A stretch of 64,000 bases of DNA, from positions 55,862-119,861 of the forward strand of contig JAGVEX010000015.1 of assembly GCA_020057885.1 (NCBI GenBank). Direction: 5' to 3'. A program made the position numbers and the translations under genes. Below, piece after piece: positions 19,509-29,174 of the stretch. Under the pieces are notes generated by a model that worked only from the letters and a program-made list of their open reading frames with translations, did not search any database and had not been told where the DNA came from. This stretch comes from a bacterium (GTDB taxonomy: Bacteria; Patescibacteriota; Patescibacteriia; Veblenbacterales; UBA10138). Position 1 is the first letter of the stretch, and each line of letters starts with the position of its first letter.

Positions 19509-19736
19509 ATGCAGAGACTTATTTGCTTGGTTTTTTTATTCTATTACCACTTTGGATTGTCCAAAGTTTCTTTTGCTTCTTTTATGTGTCGTAAATATGC
19601 AGACACTGATATACAAATACAATCAAATGTTGTAAATTTAGCACGTAAACCATGGAAAAGTTTTTTCCAAATCGATGAATTTTTGTTTTTCATTATATTA
19701 CTCCTATTAGATTGTGAATTTTATTTTTGTTTATAA
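19509..19736 (+). CDS. Possible small hydrophobic protein (doubtful)
   Basis: 75 aa and hydrophobic. A TATAAT-like box lies upstream, but the downstream hairpins are oriented for the minus strand. Confidence 0.2.
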   Translation: MQRLICLVFLFYYHFGLSKVSFASFMCRKYADTDIQIQSNVVNLARKPWKSFFQIDEFLFFIILLLLDCEFYFCL

Positions 19737-19745
19737 AATCAAAAA

Positions 19746-19771
19746 CCCCGTCTTGTTTGTACAAAACGGGG
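19746..19771 (-). terminator. Rho-independent terminator for the minus-strand glycosyltransferase operon
   Basis: CCCCGT...ACGGGG hairpin with a T-run on the minus strand. A second hairpin lies at about 19815-19836. Confidence 0.55.
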
Positions 19772-19910
19772 CTACTTGTGAATTTTAGTTATCTAAACCA
19801 AGACAACATTAAGCTCACGAGGGTAACCCCTCGTGCGGCGGAACAACTAAATTTAAATTAGTAACCATAAGCTTAAAAATAGTATAGGGCATGTTTTAAA
19901 GTCTGTCAAA

Positions 19911-21149
19911 TTAAGATAACTTACTAAAAATTTGATCTAGCATAAGTTTAACCCTTTTATCCCAAGTATGCTGTTCCATAAACGATTGACGTTTAGCTAT
20001 ATCTGTTTCAGAATTTTCTGTTAGGGCCTTGAGTAATTCCTTATTGAATTTTTCCGGAGTATCAGCAGTGTGTATAATTTTGCCAAAATCTTCCAAACCA
20101 ACACTTGGCGTAACCACCACCGGCTTACCCATGGCTAAATATTCATAAAGTTTCATTGAATTAGTGTGGCGATTAAATTCATTGTGTAAATTCGGTATAA
20201 TTGACACATTAAATTCACGTATATAAGCTAAAACTTCATTAAATGGGATTCTACCCAACAGGTGAACATTGGGTAAAGAACGCAATTTTTGATCAACTGC
20301 AAATTTAATACCCGGCCACACTGGTCCGATTAAAACAAATGATTTGGTAGGGTTTAATTTGGCTAAATATTGTAATAAATCGACATCAATTCTATCTTCC
20401 TGCAAAGTGCCTACATACCCAATAATAGGTCGGGGCAGGCTTGCAATATCGCGACCAACCAATTTAGGAGTGTTAGCAATATGTTCCAAACTGATACCAT
20501 TAGGAACAAAAGTACAATAATCCGAACGATCAAAAAATTTCACCAAATCCGGCGAGGTGGTAAAAATTAAATCAGCTTTGTAGCGCATTGTTTGATAATT
20601 CAACTTTAAACGATCTTTAATTTTTGTGTAACTGGAATGCTCCAGCCAATTATCAACCGCGTCGAAAACTGATAATTTTTCATTAAACTTTCCCAAGTAA
20701 CCGACGAAAGTGGGTGTATAAGACCACAACACTATATTTTTCAAATCGAGACGTTTAAGATCGTGTTTTAATCTTTGGTAGACGCTTTGCTCCGACCACA
20801 CTGAGCCAATATCGGAATAATTAAAAAGTTTAAAAGGAATGGCTGAAGGATCTACGCCTTCTAATTTATAACCAGTACGCTCTATTTCAGACTCACGCAC
20901 GGCAACTAATTTATGAGTAATGCCTTGTGAAATAACTTTACCCTGCACACCATGCATTCTGTTTTGCCACCATTGCCTCATGGCCCGTTTCCAAGTGAAC
21001 GGCAAATAATCAACCATTACTATTTTACGCACTCTGTCATCTTTTAATAAAGTGTGTAAAATATGAAAATTACGATTAGAAATTCCTGCCTGCCACTCTG
21101 TGTAGCAAGACATATTAAACATTACAATATCAATTTTTTCCGTAAACAT
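19911..21149 (-). CDS. Glycosyltransferase (GT1/GT4-like fold)
   Basis: 412 aa with glycosyltransferase-like C-terminal half, in a cluster with a GT4 and a flippase. Confidence 0.6.
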   Translation of the reverse strand: MFTEKIDIVMFNMSCYTEWQAGISNRNFHILHTLLKDDRVRKIVMVDYLPFTWKRAMRQWWQNRMHGVQGKVISQGITHKLVAVRESEIERTGYKLEGVDPSAIPFKLFNYSDIGSVWSEQSVYQRLKHDLKRLDLKNIVLWSYTPTFVGYLGKFNEKLSVFDAVDNWLEHSSYTKIKDRLKLNYQTMRYKADLIFTTSPDLVKFFDRSDYCTFVPNGISLEHIANTPKLVGRDIASLPRPIIGYVGTLQEDRIDVDLLQYLAKLNPTKSFVLIGPVWPGIKFAVDQKLRSLPNVHLLGRIPFNEVLAYIREFNVSIIPNLHNEFNRHTNSMKLYEYLAMGKPVVVTPSVGLEDFGKIIHTADTPEKFNKELLKALTENSETDIAKRQSFMEQHTWDKRVKLMLDQIFSKLS

Positions 21150-21152
21150 AAA

Positions 21153-22226
21153 TTAAAATTTATCCAAAAAATTTTTTAATCTTAAAGCCTGCTTCTTCCA
21201 GTTAAAATTATCTATGCCCTCTTGGCCATTCTTACCCAATAACAATCTTTGCGATTCATCATCTAATAATTGACGCATTTTAAACAATAATTCGCCATTA
21301 TTAACTAAAACGCCCCCCACGCCTACTGCTTCTGGAACACCACCAACGCGACTCGCAATAATTGGCTTGCCTGCACGTCTAGCCTCCAAATAAACAATCC
21401 CGAAACCTTCAACATCCACTGTTTCATTTTTTGGCGCTAGCACAAAAATATCACATATATCATACCAAGCAGACAATTCATTGTCATCAACCTCACTTGT
21501 AAAAATAACATTGCAATTCAAACTTTTGGCTTGTTCCTCTAAATTATTCTTTTCCGGACCATCTCCCACTACTACATAAATTAAATTAGAAAACTCGCGC
21601 TGCAGTTGTGGCAAAACTTTTAAAACATCGTCAATCCCTTTTCTTTTAACCAAACGGCTCACAGAAAGTAAAACTAATTTATTTACCAAGTTATAGCGCT
21701 GACGCAAAACTTGCACATCATTACTCAAAGCTGGTTTAAGATTGGAACATGGATATACAACTAACAAATGAGGTTTGTCAGCGCCAGCTTTAATGGCTAA
21801 AGATTTTGTAAATTCACTATTTACCACCACTAAAGTGGCATATTTTAAAATTATTCGCGCCAGCCAGCTCTGCTTTTTATTCGTCTGTGTTAGGGCAATA
21901 TCCAAACCGTGTAAAAAAACAATATATCGCCAACCAAAGGCCAAGCGCATCAATAGCAAAGCTGTGCCAATCGGCAATATTTGTCCTGCACCCAAAAAAC
22001 GCGCCTTGGTTTTAAATTTTAAATAAGGCACTAGCCACAAAAGCGGCAACCAGTGTGGCCAGGCTGACCAATACCAAGATTTTCTAATAACATTTTTTTT
22101 GTCCTCACCATTAACGCAAGTAAAAACCGTAACGTCGTTTAGCTCATCTGCTAAAGCACTATAATACCTTGCCACACCGCCTTTGAGCGGAAAAAAATCT
22201 TCAGTAATCAACAACAGCTTGCTCAT
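21153..22226 (-). CDS. Glycosyltransferase family 4 (group 1)
   Basis: The C-terminal E..GFGIVYLEARRAGKPIIASRVGGVPE motif is present. Confidence 0.8.
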   Translation of the reverse strand: MSKLLLITEDFFPLKGGVARYYSALADELNDVTVFTCVNGEDKKNVIRKSWYWSAWPHWLPLLWLVPYLKFKTKARFLGAGQILPIGTALLLMRLAFGWRYIVFLHGLDIALTQTNKKQSWLARIILKYATLVVVNSEFTKSLAIKAGADKPHLLVVYPCSNLKPALSNDVQVLRQRYNLVNKLVLLSVSRLVKRKGIDDVLKVLPQLQREFSNLIYVVVGDGPEKNNLEEQAKSLNCNVIFTSEVDDNELSAWYDICDIFVLAPKNETVDVEGFGIVYLEARRAGKPIIASRVGGVPEAVGVGGVLVNNGELLFKMRQLLDDESQRLLLGKNGQEGIDNFNWKKQALRLKNFLDKF

Positions 22227-23671
22227 ACAATTTGGCGTTTGAGTAAAACTTTAAACAAGGTTAATATTTCAACCCAAGTTACTCCTTTAAAATAAACTAA
22301 ACAAACTGCGTAGACTAATCCAGCTAATGGTATAACCAATGTAAAATGTAAAATATTTTTAAATACCATAGCCACAAAAAGCATTATCAATCCAGCCAAT
22401 ATAATTCGAAGTAATCTTGCGGTGAGCCATTTTTTATTGTAAACAACTAGCTTGCGCGCCACCATCCAACCAAGAATAAATAATACCAAGGTGCTTAAAA
22501 AAGAAGCTATGGCGGCGCCAAGGGGGCCTATTTTGGGTATTAACAACAAATTAAAAACTATGCTCGAGGTAGCGGCTAAGGCTAAATTAAGGGTGTTTCT
22601 TTTTTGTCGATTACAAGCCGGTAAAAGTGCGCCTACCGGAAAAGAAATAAAAACAAAAGGCAAACTTAACATTAAAATAATTAAAGGCCAAATTGATTCT
22701 GTATATGCCGGATAAATAGAATGAATAATGTTTGGTGTAAGCGAAGCTATGCCAAAAGAAACCGGTACAGCAATGGCGGTTAAATAAACTATGCCGCGGG
22801 CAAAAGTTTCACCAAGCTTTTGTGGCTCTTTACCAAAATAAGCGCTAAAACCAGGAAACAATGAAGCGGAAAAAGCAGTAGGAATAAATTGCAGAGCAAA
22901 AGTAATTTTATAAGCCACGCTATAAATACCAACTGCCCTATCTCCCGAAAGTAAAGAAAGAAAAACTGTGTCTATATAGCCATAAACTCGCGTCAAAATA
23001 GCCGCTACGGTAAAGGGCCAAGCAATAATAAAAAGCGCACGCCAGCCTTGCCAATTTAAAATTGGTTTAATGTGTAACTGAAAACGCCATTTTAACTGCC
23101 AAAGCGCGTAAACAAAATTAACCAAAGCTCCGAATATTAAAGCTCCCATAAAAAACCTCAGATCGTGGGTAAAATGCGCTACCGTAAATCCAGCCGCCGC
23201 TACTGCTGTTTGAAAAACAATTGTGCCTATGCTTTCCCATGATAAATTTTGAAAGCCACGAATGGTAGCATAGGTTGATAGCACAAAAGAATCCAACAGC
23301 ATTACTATGCTTGCCAAATAAACCAACTGACGCGTAATTTCTGGATAACCTAAAAGGTTAATAGTTAAAGCAACTAAGCCTATTACCATTAAACCAACTA
23401 CGGCCTTAAAGCCAAAAACTAATCGTACATATCTTTCGGCGATTGACTTATCGCGCGCCACTTCACGAGTTAAAACTGGCGCCAAACCAAGATCCAATAA
23501 AACAGAAAATATGGTGGTAAGTGAAAGTGCAAAAACATATTTTCCGATGTTAGTAGGGCCTAAAGTACGCGCTAAAAAGGTGAAATACAAAAACGAGATC
23601 ACCTTTTGGGCGACCAAGGCAAAAGTGAAATAACTGGTGTTTCGTGCAAGCACAGCAGGCTCCGCGGACAT
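22223..23671 (-). CDS. Oligosaccharide/polysaccharide flippase (Wzx-like, MOP superfamily)
   Basis: 482 aa with about 12-14 TM helices and a typical Wzx N-terminus. Confidence 0.75.
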   Translation of the reverse strand: MSAEPAVLARNTSYFTFALVAQKVISFLYFTFLARTLGPTNIGKYVFALSLTTIFSVLLDLGLAPVLTREVARDKSIAERYVRLVFGFKAVVGLMVIGLVALTINLLGYPEITRQLVYLASIVMLLDSFVLSTYATIRGFQNLSWESIGTIVFQTAVAAAGFTVAHFTHDLRFFMGALIFGALVNFVYALWQLKWRFQLHIKPILNWQGWRALFIIAWPFTVAAILTRVYGYIDTVFLSLLSGDRAVGIYSVAYKITFALQFIPTAFSASLFPGFSAYFGKEPQKLGETFARGIVYLTAIAVPVSFGIASLTPNIIHSIYPAYTESIWPLIILMLSLPFVFISFPVGALLPACNRQKRNTLNLALAATSSIVFNLLLIPKIGPLGAAIASFLSTLVLFILGWMVARKLVVYNKKWLTARLLRIILAGLIMLFVAMVFKNILHFTLVIPLAGLVYAVCLVYFKGVTWVEILTLFKVLLKRQIV

Positions 23672-23723
23672 AGTATTATTATAAATAAAAAATGGTTAAA
23701 AATCAACCATTATAATCAATAAA

Positions 23724-24131
23724 CTATACTACAAACAACTCTTTAATTTTTTGAGCCACTTCAGTTGGAACAAAATTATGCTGCGATAATTTACCAAGTT
23801 CTATCCACTCTAAAATATATATGTTATTTGGTGTTGCGCGTAATTTTTCTTCACCAACTATTGCCAAATTACCGGTGGTATTTTTAACTAAAAAGCATAT
23901 TGACTTGTTATAGCCTCCAATATTATCTAAAGTAAATATCTCTCTTATGTTATTTATTTTTAAATTTAATTCTTCCTTCACTTCTCTTATAAGAGCTTCC
24001 TCTGGCGTCTCATTGTCTTCAATTGCTCCACCAGGTAGTACGTAATAATTCTTACCATCACGCAGACGATTAATTAACAAAATTTTTTCATCTACAATAA
24101 TTACGGCTGATACTCTAATATTTGTTCTCAT
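23724..24131 (-). CDS. NUDIX hydrolase
   Basis: Nudix box GGAIEDNETPEEALIREVKEELNL. Confidence 0.8.
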   Translation of the reverse strand: MRTNIRVSAVIIVDEKILLINRLRDGKNYYVLPGGAIEDNETPEEALIREVKEELNLKINNIREIFTLDNIGGYNKSICFLVKNTTGNLAIVGEEKLRATPNNIYILEWIELGKLSQHNFVPTEVAQKIKELFVV

Positions 24132-24152
24132 ATTCTATAACTATAACACAAA

Positions 24153-24174
24153 ATCCACGCCCTAGGGCGTGGAT
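24153..24174 (-). terminator. Terminator hairpin downstream of rpsI
   Basis: ATCCACGCCCTAGGGCGTGGAT with flanking A-run and T-run. Confidence 0.6.
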
Positions 24175-24186
24175 TTTTTTTAAATA

Positions 24187-24744
24187 TTAACGTTTGCTGA
24201 ATTGCGGGGCGCGGCGGGCTTTTTTAAGGCCATACTTTTTGCGCTCCTTAACACGTGAATCGCGGGTTAAAAATCCAGCGGTGCGGAGATTTTTGCGAAG
24301 TTCTTCGTCAAGAATCAAAATAGCGCGAGCAATACCATGCCTTACCGCCTCAGCTTGACCCGTTTTACCACCACCAGACACCTTTACGCGTATATCAACT
24401 TTTGTATCTAACCCAACTAACTTTAACGGTTGCATTACTATTAATTGATAATCGTATGTTGAAAAATATTTTTGAAATTCCAAATTATTAATAGTAATTT
24501 GTCCACTACCTTTAGCATAAAGCCTAACACGCGCCACAGCTTCTTTGCGTCTGCCAACAGTGGCTATAAAATCATAAGAGGTCTTTGGCAAAACTTTTTC
24601 GCCAGTCTCTTTGGGTTTTACAGCATGAGAAACATGGTGCTCAATTTTTGTCTTGGGTACAGTGGGTATTTTTTTTACCACAGGCTTAACAGTCTTTTTA
24701 GGCACTGTTTTTGTAACAGTTTTTTTAATAGCAGTAGTTGTCAT
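24187..24744 (-). CDS. rpsI: 30S ribosomal protein S9 with a Lys/Thr-rich N-terminal extension of about 55 aa
   Basis: C-terminus ...[18 protein letters not shown]...[25 protein letters not shown]. Confidence 0.9.
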   Translation of the reverse strand: MTTTAIKKTVTKTVPKKTVKPVVKKIPTVPKTKIEHHVSHAVKPKETGEKVLPKTSYDFIATVGRRKEAVARVRLYAKGSGQITINNLEFQKYFSTYDYQLIVMQPLKLVGLDTKVDIRVKVSGGGKTGQAEAVRHGIARAILILDEELRKNLRTAGFLTRDSRVKERKKYGLKKARRAPQFSKR

Positions 24745-24747
24745 ACT

Positions 24748-25125
24748 TTAAACTTCTCCTCTACGGTAAATTTTAAGATTACGCAAAAAACGAGAATTTA
24801 AACGATTTTTAGGTAGCATTCCTCGTATTGAACGACGCACCAACCTAACTGGGTCTTTAGTAAACTCCTGCTGCAAAGTAGAAGTTTTCATACCACCCGG
24901 ATAACCACTGTAATGATGGTAAGTTTTAACTTCTAATTTTGTACCTGTAAAAAGCAACTGTTCGATATTGATAATAAAAACCTGCACATTAGGAACAATG
25001 TTAGGCGCAAAAGTAACTAAATTTTTACCACGCAATACATTAGCCGCTTGTGTGGCCACGCGACCCAAGCTTTTGCCAGCGGCATCAATTACTACTTTTG
25101 TCATTTTAACTTCTTTCTTAGACAT
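24748..25125 (-). CDS. rplM: 50S ribosomal protein L13
   Basis: KEVKMTKVVIDAAGKSLGRVATQAANVLRGKN; the start was chosen at MSKKEV. Confidence 0.85.
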   Translation of the reverse strand: MSKKEVKMTKVVIDAAGKSLGRVATQAANVLRGKNLVTFAPNIVPNVQVFIINIEQLLFTGTKLEVKTYHHYSGYPGGMKTSTLQQEFTKDPVRLVRRSIRGMLPKNRLNSRFLRNLKIYRRGEV

Positions 25126-25129
25126 AAAT

Positions 25130-25480
25130 TTAGATAAATTCAATTTGTACCATAGCCGCTCTATCGCCCTGGCGAGAAGCTAATTTGGTAATTCTAGTAT
25201 AACCACCTGCTCTTTTTACATAACGAGGTCCCAACACCTCCAATAACTTACGCACAGAGCCTTCAGTCGGCAAGCGCCTTATTAACAAACGGCGATTAGC
25301 CAGGCTAGGATTTTTAGCTATTGTAACTAAACGCTCAACATAAGAACGAATCACCCGCGCTTTAGCATTGGTGGTTTTTACTTTTTCATAAAGCACTAAA
25401 CTCTGCGCCAAATTTTTAATAAGGGCGCGGCGTGGACCAACTTTACGATCTAAAATTTTACCTGACTTACGATGTCTCAT
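25130..25480 (-). CDS. rplQ: 50S ribosomal protein L17
   Basis: MRHRKSGKILDRKVGPRRALIKNLAQSLV... Confidence 0.9.
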   Translation of the reverse strand: MRHRKSGKILDRKVGPRRALIKNLAQSLVLYEKVKTTNAKARVIRSYVERLVTIAKNPSLANRRLLIRRLPTEGSVRKLLEVLGPRYVKRAGGYTRITKLASRQGDRAAMVQIEFI

Positions 25481-25513
25481 AAAAACTAATAACTATAAAC
25501 TTAAAATTAATTA

Positions 25514-26305
25514 TTATTCCTTTTTGGGACGGCCTCGTTTCTTAGTTGGCTTAGCCTCCGGCTCAGCCTCAGACTCGTCTTCATTTTTAACTTCTACTTC
25601 TTGCTCTTGTGCGGATACCAGTTTCTGACCAACCACAACCATAAAATGATCTATTAAAATTTGGCTAGCTTGTTTAACAGCATCGAGTGGAGTAATACTG
25701 CCATCGGTAGTAACGTCCAAACTAAGCTTGTCATAATTTGTCATTTGCCCTACACGCACATTCTCAACGTTATAACCAACGCGACGGCAAGGAGTAAAAA
25801 TAGCATCCACTGCGATAGTGCCAATATCCAATTTACGGCCCTCATGACTTTCTACCGGTACGTATCCCCTGCCCTGTTCGATTGTAAATTCAACTTCTAA
25901 AGAAGCTTTTTTTTCTGTGAGTGTGGCTAAATGCAAATCTTTATTTAAAATTTCTACGTCACTAGTGGCGCTAATATCAGCGGCTGTAACCTCACGTTCA
26001 CCTGTAGCTTTAAGATTAACTTTGACTGGTTCGGCTGAATAACTTTTAAAACGAAGTTGTTTAACATTAAGCAAAAAATCCACCATATCCTCTTTCATAC
26101 CAACCAATGAGGAAAATTCATGATCAACGCCAATAATCTTAACAGCTGTAACTGCCGCGCCTGGCAAAGAAGATAATAACACGCGCCTTAGAGCATTACC
26201 CAAGGTAGTACCATAACCAGGATAACACGGCTCAATAACAATACGCGCTTGGTTGGTATCCAATTTTTCACTAGTAACATGTTGGGGAAGTGATAATGCC
26301 TCCAT
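25514..26305 (-). CDS. rpoA: DNA-directed RNA polymerase alpha subunit, NTD only, with an AT-hook-like basic tail instead of alpha-CTD
   Basis: The alpha-NTD is present (ARIVIEPCYPGYGTTLGNALRRVLLSSLPG). The protein ends after an acidic stretch with PTKKRGRPKKE and has no helix-hairpin-helix CTD. Confidence 0.85.
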   Translation of the reverse strand: MEALSLPQHVTSEKLDTNQARIVIEPCYPGYGTTLGNALRRVLLSSLPGAAVTAVKIIGVDHEFSSLVGMKEDMVDFLLNVKQLRFKSYSAEPVKVNLKATGEREVTAADISATSDVEILNKDLHLATLTEKKASLEVEFTIEQGRGYVPVESHEGRKLDIGTIAVDAIFTPCRRVGYNVENVRVGQMTNYDKLSLDVTTDGSITPLDAVKQASQILIDHFMVVVGQKLVSAQEQEVEVKNEDESEAEPEAKPTKKRGRPKKE

Positions 26306-26332
26306 AAATTTATATGTTAAAAAGTACAAAAA

Positions 26333-26947
26333 TTAACGAGAGTAGAATTCTACTATTAATTTAATATCAAATGGCGGCTTAATTTGTTCAACATTTGGTA
26401 AGCCCACTAATTTAGCCATAAATTCCTTGGGATCAATTACCAACCAATCATAAACTACCGGCTGTTTACCCCAAGATTTAACCAAATTAATAAAATATGC
26501 TTTTTTAGCACTAATAGGATCAACACTAATAGTTTGACCAACTTTTACCGTATAAGATGATATATCAACCTTGCGCCCATTAACAAAAATATGGCCATGG
26601 TTAACCAGTTGGCGTGCGCCTTGGCGAGTTTTACTTAAACCCATACGATACACAATGTTATCGAGTCTGGTCTCAAGTAATTGTAATAACAGTACGTCGG
26701 TAGCGCCTTTTTTATTTATAGCCATTTCATAATAACGACGGAATTGACGCTCTAATATGCCATAAATCCAACGCGCCTTTTGCTTTTCTCGCAACTGCAA
26801 ACCGAATACTGTCAATTTGCCGCGCCCCTTAATACCATGAACACCTGGCGGATAATTGCGCTTAACTACTGGACACTTGTCAGTAGTACACATGCGCTCA
26901 CCTACGCGGCGGCACAAACGATGTTTAGGACCTATATGTCTTCCCAT
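26333..26947 (-). CDS. rpsD: 30S ribosomal protein S4
   Basis: MGRHIGPKHRLCRRVGERMCTTDKCPVVKRNYPPGVHG. Confidence 0.9.
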   Translation of the reverse strand: MGRHIGPKHRLCRRVGERMCTTDKCPVVKRNYPPGVHGIKGRGKLTVFGLQLREKQKARWIYGILERQFRRYYEMAINKKGATDVLLLQLLETRLDNIVYRMGLSKTRQGARQLVNHGHIFVNGRKVDISSYTVKVGQTISVDPISAKKAYFINLVKSWGKQPVVYDWLVIDPKEFMAKLVGLPNVEQIKPPFDIKLIVEFYSR

Positions 26948-26973
26948 AAAAAATTAACAAAAATTCAAATTAA

Positions 26974-27444
26974 CTATACGCGGCGCGGACGACGAGGTCG
27001 GCAACCGTTATGTGGTATAGGGGTTATATCTTTAATAGACAATACATTAAAACCATTAGCATAGAGCGCGCGAATAGCGGCCTCGCGTCCCACACCAACT
27101 CCTTTAACAAAAATATCTACATCTTTAACTCCAAAGTCATTAATTTTTTCTGCAATTGTGCGTACTACTACACCAGCGGCATAAGGAGTAGATTTTTTAG
27201 GACCCTTAAAACCAACTTTACCTGTTGAACAAGAAACTAAAGTATTACCACCTTGGTCAGTTACAGTAACAATTGTATTGTTGTACGTCGCTAAAATGTG
27301 GGCTTGAGCGCGCGTAACCTGCCTCTTTTTTTTAGCACGACGACGCGGAGCAGATACAGTAGCAGACTTTTCGCTATCAGTAACTGCTGGGGTTGCCTCC
27401 ACCGGCGCGGTTGATTCTTTTTTAGTTACTTTTTCAGTTGGCAT
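26974..27444 (-). CDS. rpsK: 30S ribosomal protein S11 with an N-terminal extension
   Basis: HILATYNNTIVTVTDQGGN...GPKKSTPYAAG... Confidence 0.9.
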   Translation of the reverse strand: MPTEKVTKKESTAPVEATPAVTDSEKSATVSAPRRRAKKKRQVTRAQAHILATYNNTIVTVTDQGGNTLVSCSTGKVGFKGPKKSTPYAAGVVVRTIAEKINDFGVKDVDIFVKGVGVGREAAIRALYANGFNVLSIKDITPIPHNGCRPRRPRRV

Positions 27445-27499
27445 AAAATTAGTTCAAAATTCCTAATAAACAACTAATAACTATAAATTAAAAAATTAA

Positions 27500-27889
27500 T
27501 TAAGTCTTTTGTGCGGATGGTTTACGGCCACTTCCCATTGTTCGACGCACATTGCCACGTACCGTACGAGAATTAGTTTTAGTTCTCTGACCTCTTGCTG
27601 GTAAATGTCTAGAGTGACGCGTGCCTCGATAAGCGCCAATTTCTTTTAGACGCTTAATATTCATCATTACCTCACGGCGTAAATCACCCTCTACTTTAAA
27701 GCTTTTTTCAATAAAATCTCTTAAACGAGCAACTTGTTCTTCGGTAAGATCTTCGGTGCGAGTATTAAAATCTATTTTAGTGTCAGTAAGAATTTTTTGT
27801 GATAATGGCAAACCAATACCATAAAGATAAGTAAGAGCGTATTCAATACGCTTGCCTTTTGGTAAATTAACTCCAGCTATACGTGCCAT
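27500..27889 (-). CDS. rpsM: 30S ribosomal protein S13
   Basis: [26 protein letters not shown]. Confidence 0.9.
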   Translation of the reverse strand: MARIAGVNLPKGKRIEYALTYLYGIGLPLSQKILTDTKIDFNTRTEDLTEEQVARLRDFIEKSFKVEGDLRREVMMNIKRLKEIGAYRGTRHSRHLPARGQRTKTNSRTVRGNVRRTMGSGRKPSAQKT

Positions 27890-27914
27890 AAAAAATTAAA
27901 TAAATTCCAAATAA

Positions 27915-28028
27915 TTAACCTTGGCGCTGTTTATGCTTAGGATTACTGCAAATCACAACTAACCGCTTCTTACGGCGTACCACATGACATTTTGAACAAA
28001 TCTTTTTTACTGAAGCTCTAACTTTCAT
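27915..28028 (-). CDS. rpmJ: 50S ribosomal protein L36 (37 aa; too short for the ORF track)
   Basis: Manual translation of the minus strand gives [37 protein letters not shown]. It sits between infA and rpsM as expected. Confidence 0.85.
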   Translation of the reverse strand: MKVRASVKKICSKCHVVRRKKRLVVICSNPKHKQRQG

Positions 28029-28051
28029 AGAATTAGTTTCTGATTCTAAAA

Positions 28052-28309
28052 TTAAAATCTATAAACTATCCGCCCTTTAGTTAAATCATAAGGGGTCATT
28101 TCTATTTTTACCCTATCTCCCGGGATAAGTCTTATTTTAAACAAACGCATTTTACCTGATAAGTGAGCTAGAATTTCGTGGCCATTATCAAGCTTAACAT
28201 GAAAAGTAGCCGAAGGCAGGAGTTCTTCTATTACCCCCTCAACCTCCAGGAATCCCTTGGGATTTACCTGTATGTTGCTCGCAGATGAAACTTCTTTAAT
28301 ATCAGACAT
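28052..28309 (-). CDS. infA: Translation initiation factor IF-1
   Basis: [31 protein letters not shown]...IVYRF; S1-like fold. Confidence 0.9.
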   Translation of the reverse strand: MSDIKEVSSASNIQVNPKGFLEVEGVIEELLPSATFHVKLDNGHEILAHLSGKMRLFKIRLIPGDRVKIEMTPYDLTKGRIVYRF

Positions 28310-28482
28310 GTCCTATGGTTTGCCTCTGGAGCTAAAATAAAATTATGCCTAGCCTGAGTTTGTATCTCACGGCCCGACATAACGTCATCTGAGCTTGAGG
28401 CTTCCCCAGAATTAACACGGTCTAACCCGTGTTTAATAATGTTTTGTTAACTGTTAAAACGCTACTCTAGTATAGAAGTTTT

Positions 28483-29163
28483 TCAATTAATGTCAAGGAT
28501 AATGGTGATAGCAGATGGGTTGGAAGGTGCTTTTTGGCTAATCTTAGCAAAAAAACTAGGGTATAAACTAACTGATACCAAAGCTACCCCCGGCTGATGT
28601 TTAATCCATTCTTCTATATCGGATAATTGTTTTCCAACTAAGCGATTTTCCCAATCTAATAGTGGAAACTGCGGGTAAAATTGAGCTTGCACAGCTGCAT
28701 TTACTGTAAAAGAACGCTCTGAACGATTTTTTATTGGATTCTGCCAGGTAACATTAAATGTACCCGGGCGCATTATTCTATGCTCACCGATTTTTTGATA
28801 TAAAGAATTGTTTATCAATTTATTAACAAATACATCATCAACTAGTAATTTTTTATCATCATCTAAATTGTAAAAACGCCAACCTGACCTAGCAACCTCA
28901 AACTCTTGGCTAGATGAAGTAACAAGTTGGCCAGGAATAACGCCTACGTTAAAATTAGGTTCTTTTAAATCTAAATCTATCTTAATTGGCACACCAATTT
29001 TAACTAATTCAAACTCCGGCTTAACCACCACGCGTACGCGCGGCCAAATCAAAGTGCTTAAACTAACAAGCAATAAAAATACTGCTACTAAAAAAATATA
29101 CAACCAAAATTTGCCACGCTTACTGACAGGCACTGTTTGTATATGAGCCGCATAATCAGTCAT
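28483..29163 (-). CDS. Hypothetical membrane-anchored protein
   Basis: 226 aa with an N-terminal TM; no family recognised. Confidence 0.5.
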   Translation of the reverse strand: MTDYAAHIQTVPVSKRGKFWLYIFLVAVFLLLVSLSTLIWPRVRVVVKPEFELVKIGVPIKIDLDLKEPNFNVGVIPGQLVTSSSQEFEVARSGWRFYNLDDDKKLLVDDVFVNKLINNSLYQKIGEHRIMRPGTFNVTWQNPIKNRSERSFTVNAAVQAQFYPQFPLLDWENRLVGKQLSDIEEWIKHQPGVALVSVSLYPSFFAKISQKAPSNPSAITIILDIN

Positions 29164-29174
29164 GGGATCAAGCT

